Positions 31,022-38,396 of a DNA stretch of 60,390 nt are shown piece after piece. A program made the position numbers and the translations under genes. Numbering within the stretch: position 1 is the first letter of the stretch; the number at the start of each line of letters is the position of its first letter. This DNA comes from Candidatus Omnitrophota bacterium (GTDB lineage Bacteria; Omnitrophota; Omnitrophia; Omnitrophales; Aquincolibacteriaceae). The notes beneath the pieces are model-generated. The model did not search any database. It was not told where the DNA came from and saw only the letters and a list, made by a program, of their open reading frames with translations. The DNA lies in NCBI GenBank assembly GCA_016196555.1, contig JACPXL010000074.1:1-60390 (forward strand), read 5' to 3'.

Positions 31022-32218
31022 ATGATAAAAACTGAGGCTCCGCCCGCCCCGCGTTTTCCTATGTTTGCCAAAAAGACTGTGATCGGCCCGGAACTTCTCG
31101 CCGCTTACGCCCGGCACGTCAATCAGCTTATTTTGTTCCGCATCCGAATCACCCTTCCGATCGGCGCCTGCCTTTATCTTTTGTTCAATTACGTGGACTA
31201 CAATATTTATCCTGAACAAACCATTCTTTTTCTCAAACTCCGAATTTTGGTGGTGTTCATTCTGGCTTTGATTGTCGGCCTTAGCTTTGTCAAAAAAGCC
31301 GCCGACCATTTCATCTGGTTTGCCGACCTTTCCATCGCCGTCATGGCCGCCGGAATTATTTTTATGATTTACAAAACAGACGGCGCATTGAGCCATTACT
31401 ATGAGGGGATCAATCTCACCTTCTGGGGCTTGATTTGCATGAACAGTTTCTCCATGCGCCACAATGCTTGGACCGGGATTTTCATTCTCTTCCTTTATGA
31501 AATTGCTGCGCTCATGAATCGCACGGGTTGGGACTTTGCCAGCTTTGTTCTCGCCAATTGTTTTATGGCCTCCACACTTTTGCTCGCCTGCCTTATGAAT
31601 AAATTCTACAGCGCCCAGCATTTCAGCGGATTCGTCGCCAATGAGCAGTTAAAAGAGAATGAAAAAGAACTCGAAGAAATCAACGTCAAGCTCGTCCGGC
31701 TTTATCATGAGGCCGATCAACTTTCCAAAACCGACGATCTGACGAAAATTTATAATCGCCGGCATTTTATCGATATTCTGGAGCGAAGGCTGGACTTGGC
31801 CAAAAGATTAAAGACTTTCTTTTATCTGGTGATTTTCGACATCGATTATTTCAAAGACATTAACGACACCCACGGCCATTCGACCGGAGACAAGGTGATT
31901 TTCGAAGTGGCCCAGACCGTGCAGAAATTATTGCGGCCGGACAGCTTTATCGGGCGGTACGGCGGAGACGAATTTATTTTTATTATTGATCAGGCGGAGA
32001 AAGCCAGTTTGATTGCACGGGTTGAAAGCATTGGAGAAGCGGTCAAAAATTTGTCTATTCATACCGGCAAAACGGAAATCAAAGTTTCGGCAAGCTTCGG
32101 GGCCGTGAAAGTCGACCCGCAAAAATTTGAAGACGTGCAGCCCATTATCGATATCGCGGACCAGGCGCTCCTGGACGTTAAAAAACACGTGCGTGGAAAA
32201 GTTTTATTGATTGAGTAA
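31022..32218 (+). CDS. membrane-bound diguanylate cyclase
   Basis: About 6 TM helices, coiled coil, DIDYFK.INDT.GH, RYGGDEF; no RxxD I-site. Confidence 0.92.
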   Translation: MIKTEAPPAPRFPMFAKKTVIGPELLAAYARHVNQLILFRIRITLPIGACLYLLFNYVDYNIYPEQTILFLKLRILVVFILALIVGLSFVKKAADHFIWFADLSIAVMAAGIIFMIYKTDGALSHYYEGINLTFWGLICMNSFSMRHNAWTGIFILFLYEIAALMNRTGWDFASFVLANCFMASTLLLACLMNKFYSAQHFSGFVANEQLKENEKELEEINVKLVRLYHEADQLSKTDDLTKIYNRRHFIDILERRLDLAKRLKTFFYLVIFDIDYFKDINDTHGHSTGDKVIFEVAQTVQKLLRPDSFIGRYGGDEFIFIIDQAEKASLIARVESIGEAVKNLSIHTGKTEIKVSASFGAVKVDPQKFEDVQPIIDIADQALLDVKKHVRGKVLLIE

Positions 32219-32689
32219 CCGGATATTGGTAAACGTCACGGCCTGGCCTGCGTGACGGCCTTTTTCGTCCCTCAAATTCCAAACCGTGGCCTTGAGAATT
32301 TCAAAACGCTTCCCCTTACTCGAAATACGAATCCCGCGATAATCATCCACATACCCTTGTTTTTTCACGGTTTCCAGAAATCGCGCGCGCTCGTCCCGCT
32401 CGGCCGGCTCAGCCGTGTTCTGCCCCGGAGTACGCGTAAAAGTGTCCCAATCCATTTCCCAAAGTTCGAGCGCCTTTTGATTGCCGTAATTAAGTACCGG
32501 ATCGTTTTCAGTACCCGCCGAAGCCAGCACAAAAGGTGCAAAAAAAATCTCTTTGGCTAGAATTTCATCCGGTTTGTCTTCCGGCCACAGACTTTTGCCT
32601 TTCGAGTGGCGGTAACTGGAAAGAATCAGGCGGGTTTGCCGGGCCATAAAACCGGAATGTTGTGTGGGAAATTTTTCAGGCGGCGGCAT
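32204..32689 (-). CDS. MEKHLA domain protein
   Basis: APFVLAS...DPVLNYGN..AL.LWE, YRGIRISS.G.RF.I...VWN. Confidence 0.88.
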   Translation of the reverse strand: MPPPEKFPTQHSGFMARQTRLILSSYRHSKGKSLWPEDKPDEILAKEIFFAPFVLASAGTENDPVLNYGNQKALELWEMDWDTFTRTPGQNTAEPAERDERARFLETVKKQGYVDDYRGIRISSKGKRFEILKATVWNLRDEKGRHAGQAVTFTNIRLLNQ

Positions 32690-33386
32690 TTTGAAAGGTG
32701 TAAGAAAAATCTTCAATCGATTTCTCGATTTTGACCGGGACATCCGCTTCGCCCAAGGTCTCATGCCAAACATGAATGACATAATTCCCGGCCGGAACAT
32801 CGCGCAGGACAAACTCACCGTTTTCACCTGAGACGGCGTAATAAGAATTGGGGGCGCTCACCACAAAAGCGTGCATCCAGGGATGAAGACCGCAGCGCAA
32901 AAGATAAGTCCCGGATTTTTTTAAACTTCTCTCCACAGGTTTGGCCTTTTCGTCCATTTCGAAACGGTCCAGCATTTGGGCGCCGTCAAAAATGCGCACA
33001 TCATGCGCCATGGGATCGGAATTCAAAACATGAAAGGGACGGTCCTCACGTACCACAAAAACATGCGGGCTGAAATTGCAGTCTTTTTGATCGAGCTCAG
33101 GAACAGGGACAGGTCCTGCCGGTTCAGGGAAAGGAATGTCTTTGTCGCTTTTAAGGGAAATCACCGCGTTTTTTAAAAATCCTTCCGGCGAGACAATCAG
33201 CGATTGAGAAATTTGCTCGCTCGCACAGCTGTCCGGCTGTTTTTTGTGGACTTGGATTTTTTTTAAGGCCGGAAAAGGGGGCGCAACTGCGATTTTCCCC
33301 TGAATTTCATAAGCTTCAAGGACTGATGAAAGACTCAGGCAAAAAAAGAGCGCGGTAATTATTGCAATTCTTCGACGTATTTCCAC
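32676..33386 (-). CDS. exported cupredoxin-like / carboxypeptidase-regulatory-like domain protein
   Basis: LDQ..C.F.PH, NSD...H, CGLHPWM, DVPAG.Y....WHE; GTG start inferred. Confidence 0.75.
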   Translation of the reverse strand: MEIRRRIAIITALFFCLSLSSVLEAYEIQGKIAVAPPFPALKKIQVHKKQPDSCASEQISQSLIVSPEGFLKNAVISLKSDKDIPFPEPAGPVPVPELDQKDCNFSPHVFVVREDRPFHVLNSDPMAHDVRIFDGAQMLDRFEMDEKAKPVERSLKKSGTYLLRCGLHPWMHAFVVSAPNSYYAVSGENGEFVLRDVPAGNYVIHVWHETLGEADVPVKIEKSIEDFSYTFQNAAA

Positions 33387-33751
33387 TCCAACACATCTCC
33401 GCGCTTGAGTTTTTTCTTGCGGGGCGAAACTTTCTTCGAGCCATTTACCGAGCACGTCCACCACCAATTTTTCACGGGGTCCACTTTGACACCGTCAATG
33501 GCCATGATTTCCCGCAGGCTGCAGCAGGTTTTTCCGGACAAAATAGGAAAAACCTGGGACACCGCCTCTTTGGGTGTCGTGCCTTTTTCCACCGTGATGG
33601 TATCGTCGTATTTGGGTTTTCCGGCAGGCCCGAAATCGACAATCAAATGAATGGGAAATGTTTTCGCTTTGCGCGCCAGGGCATCCGTAGAAGGCAGCAA
33701 AATCGAAGTGACGGCAAAAAAAAGCAAAGCAAAACGCACAAAAAACTGCAT
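33359..33751 (-). CDS. exported DUF4430-like protein
   Basis: VDFG, AIDGV, WW...VNG, L..GD..EW. Confidence 0.7.
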   Translation of the reverse strand: MQFFVRFALLFFAVTSILLPSTDALARKAKTFPIHLIVDFGPAGKPKYDDTITVEKGTTPKEAVSQVFPILSGKTCCSLREIMAIDGVKVDPVKNWWWTCSVNGSKKVSPRKKKLKRGDVLEWKYVEELQ

Positions 33752-33775
33752 ATTCCTAACTCCTGAAAATAAAAT

Positions 33776-34330
33776 TTATTTTACGAGTTTATTAAATTTT
33801 GCGCCTTCCAAAGTCAAGTTGTACATCAAACCCTTTTGACCCAAAACGAAAGCCACAATAGGTTCATCCGTCTTACGGGTGTCAATCGATCCGTCCGCAC
33901 CCACCGAAATGAGGGCCACGGAACCATCAATGCCGGCCTGCCATCCGCTGCCCGCTCGGAAGCCATCAAGCGCCGAATCCTCCATGAAAAACAGATAAAG
34001 ACTGCGGACCTGAAATCCTAATTGAAATCCAAACGAACCGCCGACAAAGCTGTAATAATTGACCGTCTGTCCGTTAATTCGAAGCGCACCTTGTCCATAT
34101 TCAGCGCCAATACCGATTCCGCCTTTATAAACTCGGGGAATAACCAGCACACCCTTACTTCTTTGGATAATATCCGCAGAGCCGTAAACTTTGGTCTTAA
34201 AATTTTCGAGCGCAGCATCGGTTTTAAGATCAATTTCCTCGGCCGTCATCGCCAAAGAAAACTTGGGGAAAATCATCATTGCAAAAATCAAAAACAGGAG
34301 AAAACGGTTTCTCATTTTGTCCTCCTTCAA
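33776..34330 (-). CDS. YSC84/SYLF-like lipid-binding protein
   Basis: GVLVIP...K.G.GIG.EYGQG, S.GFQLG, GLM....EG.K. Confidence 0.85.
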   Translation of the reverse strand: MKEDKMRNRFLLFLIFAMMIFPKFSLAMTAEEIDLKTDAALENFKTKVYGSADIIQRSKGVLVIPRVYKGGIGIGAEYGQGALRINGQTVNYYSFVGGSFGFQLGFQVRSLYLFFMEDSALDGFRAGSGWQAGIDGSVALISVGADGSIDTRKTDEPIVAFVLGQKGLMYNLTLEGAKFNKLVK

Positions 34331-34473
34331 GGTTCACAACATCCATTAAGGTGTAATATTTTACCCTGTATAGACTAAAATATCTGCAACATTATTTCTC
34401 GTCCCCAATAAGGGAAATTCATAATTGGAAGTTTTGTGAACATTGTGGCCGCGAGACGGTCAAAAGTCGGTTT

Positions 34474-36546
34474 CTATTCTTCCAGCCACGCCTTGGCGGC
34501 GGTAATTTGATCGGGCCAGCCAAAGAGAATGAGAGTATCGCCTGCTTCAAGGAGGGTTTCGGGGTCGGGGTTGTTGATGGTGATTTCGGCTTTCTGAACA
34601 CCGAGGACACTAACGCCGGTTTTGCGGCGGAGTTTGAGGGATTTCAAGGTTTTGCCAATGCAAGCAGCCCCGGCAGAAATCTGAAAAGATTCGGTTTTGG
34701 GAGTGCCGGTTCTTTCCGCAACTTCCTTAAAAGGTTCTTTCATTTTCTTATGTAAAAATCCGACGGCGGCTTTGATTTGATCCCGGTCCCCCATCAGGAG
34801 TAAAACATCGCCGGGTAAAAGTTTGGTTTCGGGCGAAGGATTGGGAATGGATTCTTCGTCCCGGTAAATCGCCACAATGCTCGCCCCGGTTTCAGAGCGC
34901 AGCCTTAAATCTCCCAGGCTTTGATTGACCGCCGATGGCTGATACGGCAAAAGAAAATCTTCGGTTTGGACTTCCCAGGGATATTCCTGCTGAATCAATT
35001 TTGACAAATCGTCATAGGCCGCAGGTTTGGCTTTTTTCGCCGGCAGCCCTTTGCCTTCGTCAAAAATTTCAAGCACCATTCTTTCTATTCTTTCATGAAT
35101 GCGCTGCATCGACCCCCAAAGCACGAAACCGGCCGCTAAAACTATCGCAACTGCAAAAACAATCCCATAAGAAAATCCCGGGAAAATTTGAAAACGATTT
35201 TGAATTCGGTTCAAACCGTAAAGTGTGATTCCACTCACAAAGGCATAAAACATAAAACGGAAAATATAGGGTGAGATTTTTTGCCAAACGACACTTCTAT
35301 GCCCCGATTTCTCGGCCGAAACTTTTTCCATCCAGGCAGTGTAAAGATTTAAAACTGTCCTCATCGGACGGGGCCGCAGCCGGTCGAGAATTCCGATAAT
35401 CGGGCGGGTGTTCTTGATCAAAAATGGCGTGGTGACCGTGGTGATACCCGACACCGCTACGGCAATAGGGTAAATAAAAGGGCTTGTGACATTGGTCGTT
35501 TCACCGAGGCGCGCGATAATAAAAGAAAATTCCCCGATTTGAGCCAGGCCAAGGCCCACTTTTAATGCGGTTTCTTCGCTATGCCCGGTCAAAAATGTGG
35601 CGAAGGAACAGCTGATCACTTTTCCAAAAATAGTGACCAGCGTAATCACAAGAATTGGGAACCATAACTCAACAAGCACCGAAGGCTGAATCAGCATCCC
35701 GACTGAGACAAAGAAAATGGCCGTGAACATATCTTTGATGGATTCCATTTTATGCGTAATTTCGCGGACTTGCGGCGTTTCGGCAATAATAGCTCCGATC
35801 AAAAAAGAACCCAGGGCGACCGAAAATCCTGATTTTGCCGCAATCAAAGAAACCGCAAAACAAAGCCCCAAGACAGTAATCACCATCATTTCCTGATTTT
35901 GAAAACGGGCAATATATTTGAGAATTCTCGGGACAATCAAAAAACCGGTAAGAAGAATTCCAAAAACGAATGATCCGACTTTCACCATGGCCACAACGAT
36001 TTCGCGGACTTCCAAAGAGCCTGTGGTGGCGATACCGGAAAGAATGGTGATGATCAAAATGGCAAGCAAATCTTCGACAATTAAAATTCCCAGAATGACT
36101 TGGGCGAATTTTTCCTGCATTTTTTTCATTTCCATCAAGACTTTGGCAATAATGGTCGTGCTGGAAATAGAAAGAATGGCGCCGAGGAATAGGCTGTTCA
36201 TAAAATTCCATCCGAAAGCGCGGCCGACAGCATAACCGGCCCAAATCATGAAAATAATTTCGAAAGTGCCGGCCACAAACGCGACGGCGCCTACTTTCAT
36301 GAGTTTGGTGAGGTTGAATTCCAGACCGATAAAAAAAAGCAGAAAAATAACACCGAGTTCGGAAAGGGTGTAAATACTGTGAATGTTATGCACTAAGGCA
36401 TAAGGAGGCGTGTGAGGACCAATAATGACGCCGGCAATGATGTAGCCGAGCACAACCGGCAAATGAAAGCGCTGGCAAAAAATCATAATGACCGCGCTCA
36501 CGACCATCACCATGGCCAAATCCTGAAGAAAAATCAATTCATGCAT
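34474..36546 (-). CDS. CPA2 cation:proton antiporter with two TrkA-C (RCK_C) domains
   Basis: GVIFLLF.IGLE, SSTTII.K, QIGEFSFII, two NP.PET.L..GD domains. Confidence 0.92.
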   Translation of the reverse strand: MHELIFLQDLAMVMVVSAVIMIFCQRFHLPVVLGYIIAGVIIGPHTPPYALVHNIHSIYTLSELGVIFLLFFIGLEFNLTKLMKVGAVAFVAGTFEIIFMIWAGYAVGRAFGWNFMNSLFLGAILSISSTTIIAKVLMEMKKMQEKFAQVILGILIVEDLLAILIITILSGIATTGSLEVREIVVAMVKVGSFVFGILLTGFLIVPRILKYIARFQNQEMMVITVLGLCFAVSLIAAKSGFSVALGSFLIGAIIAETPQVREITHKMESIKDMFTAIFFVSVGMLIQPSVLVELWFPILVITLVTIFGKVISCSFATFLTGHSEETALKVGLGLAQIGEFSFIIARLGETTNVTSPFIYPIAVAVSGITTVTTPFLIKNTRPIIGILDRLRPRPMRTVLNLYTAWMEKVSAEKSGHRSVVWQKISPYIFRFMFYAFVSGITLYGLNRIQNRFQIFPGFSYGIVFAVAIVLAAGFVLWGSMQRIHERIERMVLEIFDEGKGLPAKKAKPAAYDDLSKLIQQEYPWEVQTEDFLLPYQPSAVNQSLGDLRLRSETGASIVAIYRDEESIPNPSPETKLLPGDVLLLMGDRDQIKAAVGFLHKKMKEPFKEVAERTGTPKTESFQISAGAACIGKTLKSLKLRRKTGVSVLGVQKAEITINNPDPETLLEAGDTLILFGWPDQITAAKAWLEE

Positions 36547-36662
36547 GCGCGCATTATAACCGCAGTTGACAATGCGCCTCCAGCTTTAAAAAAATCGGAC
36601 AAAAATGTCCGGAGTACTGGACAATTTTTAGACTATTTCTCCTCTCTCTAAGCAGATTTTAA

Positions 36663-36679
36663 TTGGCATAAAAACTGCT
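36663..36679 (+). promoter_or_regulatory. putative sigma54 (-24/-12) promoter
   Basis: TTGGCATAAAAACTGCT, i.e. GG-N10-GC, upstream of the PA2169-like gene. Confidence 0.6.
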
Positions 36680-36724
36680 TTAGTCATGATGAATGTCAGA
36701 TAAAACAAAGTGAGGAGAACAACA

Positions 36725-37273
36725 ATGAAAACAACAAATTACCTTTTAGGCGTACTTGCCGCAGCGCTGATATTTTCTGGCGCCCGTGCTTTTGCGCAAA
36801 GTGTGTATCCGCTGGATTCCCCTACCGCCGGGGCAGTGAATCATTTGATTGAGCGTTATATCGATAGCGAAAAGGGTTTTAAGGAATCCGCTGAGCAGGT
36901 TAAAGACGCTGATCTCAAAGCACGGTTTATGAAGCAATCCGAGGAACGCAAAAAGTTCCGTGAAGATCTTCAGGCCCAGCTGGCAGCAATCGGTGAAGAC
37001 TATGATAAAAGCGGTTCTATGGCCGGCGCCCTTCATCGCGCCTGGATCGATACAAAGTCCGCAGTCTCGCAAGATGATCTTGCGGTACTCAATGCGGTCC
37101 GTACCGGTGAGGAAGAAGCCGTGAAATCCTACAAAAATCTTTTGGGGAGCGACCTTCCGGAAAGCCTCAGAGATCCGATACGCCAGCAATATGAAGAAGT
37201 TTTGAAATCCTATACTTGGGTCATTGGGGAAATTAAAGACCGAAGTAAGGAAAAAGAAGCTGCAAAGCGCTAA
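36725..37273 (+). CDS. PA2169/DUF2383 ferritin-like four-helix-bundle protein with signal peptide
   Basis: LIE...D..KGF..SA, GS..GALHRAWID.K, GEE.AV..Y; GAGGAG RBS. Confidence 0.85.
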   Translation: MKTTNYLLGVLAAALIFSGARAFAQSVYPLDSPTAGAVNHLIERYIDSEKGFKESAEQVKDADLKARFMKQSEERKKFREDLQAQLAAIGEDYDKSGSMAGALHRAWIDTKSAVSQDDLAVLNAVRTGEEEAVKSYKNLLGSDLPESLRDPIRQQYEEVLKSYTWVIGEIKDRSKEKEAAKR

Positions 37274-37388
37274 AGCTTATCTGACGAAGCAGGGTTTACG
37301 ATTTCAAAATCGTAAAACTTTCCGTCCCAGACGGGCCCGCAAAACACTGATTGCCCCGCCAAGCGTGTTCGCCACAAGGTCCCACCCA

Positions 37389-37820
37389 TTATTCAAGCAA
37401 ATGCCAGGCTTCCCGAAAAATATGTGATTTTGGTTTGCGTTGCCGTTTTTCGGATTCAACCAATGCAATCGCGCTTTTGTAAGATAAAAATTCCACAATG
37501 GGTAGGACATAGCAAATATCAAGATTTTCGATATAACAAATAGCAAAATCGAAATCTCCAAGACCGTATAAAGCCCTCAACATTCTCCGTCGGTTGGTCT
37601 TCGTTCGACGTGTATCAACAAAATAACTTCCTTGGCAATGCCACGCACTTTTAATTTGTATCTTTATGAATTTTCCTTTCACGGCAATTACCAAATCATA
37701 AGGAAGCCGGTCTCCAACAGGACGCAGGACTTCACAACCTAATTTCAACAGTTTGGTAACGACAAAACTTTCAGAAATATCAGATTTTAATTTTGTATCA
37801 GAAGTTTCTTTGGTAAGCAT
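37389..37820 (-). CDS. free-standing group I intron-type PD-(D/E)XK homing endonuclease (I-Ssp6803I-like)
   Basis: TKLKSDISE...P.GDRLPYDLV...KIQIKSAW...RRTKTNRR...DFDFA...KRQRKP...REAWHL; AGGAGG RBS 7 nt before the ATG at 37820; lower GC than the flanks. Confidence 0.88.
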   Translation of the reverse strand: MLTKETSDTKLKSDISESFVVTKLLKLGCEVLRPVGDRLPYDLVIAVKGKFIKIQIKSAWHCQGSYFVDTRRTKTNRRRMLRALYGLGDFDFAICYIENLDICYVLPIVEFLSYKSAIALVESEKRQRKPKSHIFREAWHLLE

Positions 37821-37824
37821 GAGC

Positions 37825-37854
37825 TTCCCTCCTAAATTAATTTTTTGGAGGGAA
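37825..37854 (-). promoter_or_regulatory. hairpin sequestering the endonuclease Shine-Dalgarno
   Basis: Minus strand TTCCCTCC-N14-GGAGGGAA, 4 nt before the ATG. Confidence 0.65.
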
Positions 37855-37979
37855 AATCGTATCGGCCGCGGGACGGCCATAAGTCCTGGAAAGGATTTAT
37901 CCGATTTTTCTGCAGGACAAACCGAAATATCCGCTGGGATGTCTGCAACCCGAATGGAAAATATTATATTTATTTCCAA

Positions 37980-38012
37980 TAAAAAAGCCCGTCATTTCTG
38001 ACGGGCCTTTTT
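37980..38012 (-). terminator. intrinsic (probably bidirectional) terminator after tRNA-fMet
   Basis: GCCCGTCA-GAAA-TGACGGGC-TTTTTT on the minus strand; T-run also on the plus strand. Confidence 0.85.
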
Positions 38013-38017
38013 ACAAT

Positions 38018-38316
38018 TGGTAGCGGGGACAGGATTTGAACCTGTGACCTTTGGGTTATGCATCCTACTACAGCTTTCGCTGCTCTGCGATTCGCGGATT
38101 TGTAGTCTGGACTATACCTTCATCCGCACACATCCTACGGATGCCTGCCGTCTAGTCTCTACACCTTCCCGTCGTTTCCGACAGGCTTGGCTCGGTATTA
38201 CCACTCCCGAACTTCCGGGTTAAGGCTTCACCGACTTTGACAGGTTATCAATCAACCGTTACCGGCTGACCAGCCCAACTTGAGCCCAACGAGCTACCGG
38301 ACTGCTCCACCCCGCG
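38018..38316 (-). tRNA. initiator tRNA-fMet(CAT), intron-split: exon1 38283-38316, exon2 38018-38060
   Basis: Spliced 77 nt: CGCGGGGTGGAGCAGTCCGGTAGCTCGTTGGGCT|CATAACCCAAAGGTCACAGGTTCAAATCCTGTCCCCGCTACCA. C1:U72 mismatch, three G-C pairs in the anticodon stem, encoded CCA. Confidence 0.95.
38061..38282 (-). ncRNA. self-splicing group I intron (IC3, Azoarcus-like), 222 nt, no ORF
   Basis: Follows U33 and ends in G. P1 with U.G pair, P2 with GUAA loop, P3 CCUGUC/GGCAGG, P4 UCGGUG/UACCGA, P7 GACUA/UAGUC, P9 GAAA loop. Core motifs CCGAGCCAAGC, GAAGGUGUAGAGACUAGACGGCA and GAAGGUAUAGUCC. Confidence 0.95.
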
Positions 38317-38367
38317 CCGTAATTTGGAATGACTACGATAAGTAGGAAGGTAACTCGAATGAGGGGT

Positions 38368-38396
38368 ATTCTAAGGGATTGACCCGGCTAATTCAA
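38368..38396 (-). promoter_or_regulatory. sigma70 promoter of tRNA-fMet
   Basis: TTGAAT-17-TAGAAT about 50 bp upstream of the tRNA. Confidence 0.7.

Noticed and set aside
37821-37979. 53-aa N-terminal extension of the endonuclease in the ORF track
   Set aside because: Family similarity and a strong RBS both point to the ATG at 37820. The extension is structured non-coding sequence.
37861-37980. Known riboswitch or hammerhead ribozyme in the spacer
   Set aside because: I could not find c-di-GMP-I or hammerhead core motifs. It is kept only as an unassigned structured region.
37274-38018. Integrative element or prophage at the tRNA 3' end
   Set aside because: I saw no integrase and no duplicated tRNA 3' end (att) in the window.
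38017-38223. 68-aa ORF MVAGTGFEPVTFGL...
   Set aside because: It is the antisense reading of tRNA exon 2 and the intron, a typical tRNA shadow ORF.
38280-38316. Reading the tRNA as Leu(CAA) from the unspliced sequence GGGCT-CAA
   Set aside because: CAA is the start of the intron. Splicing after U33 to the terminal G restores CAT, and the body has initiator features.
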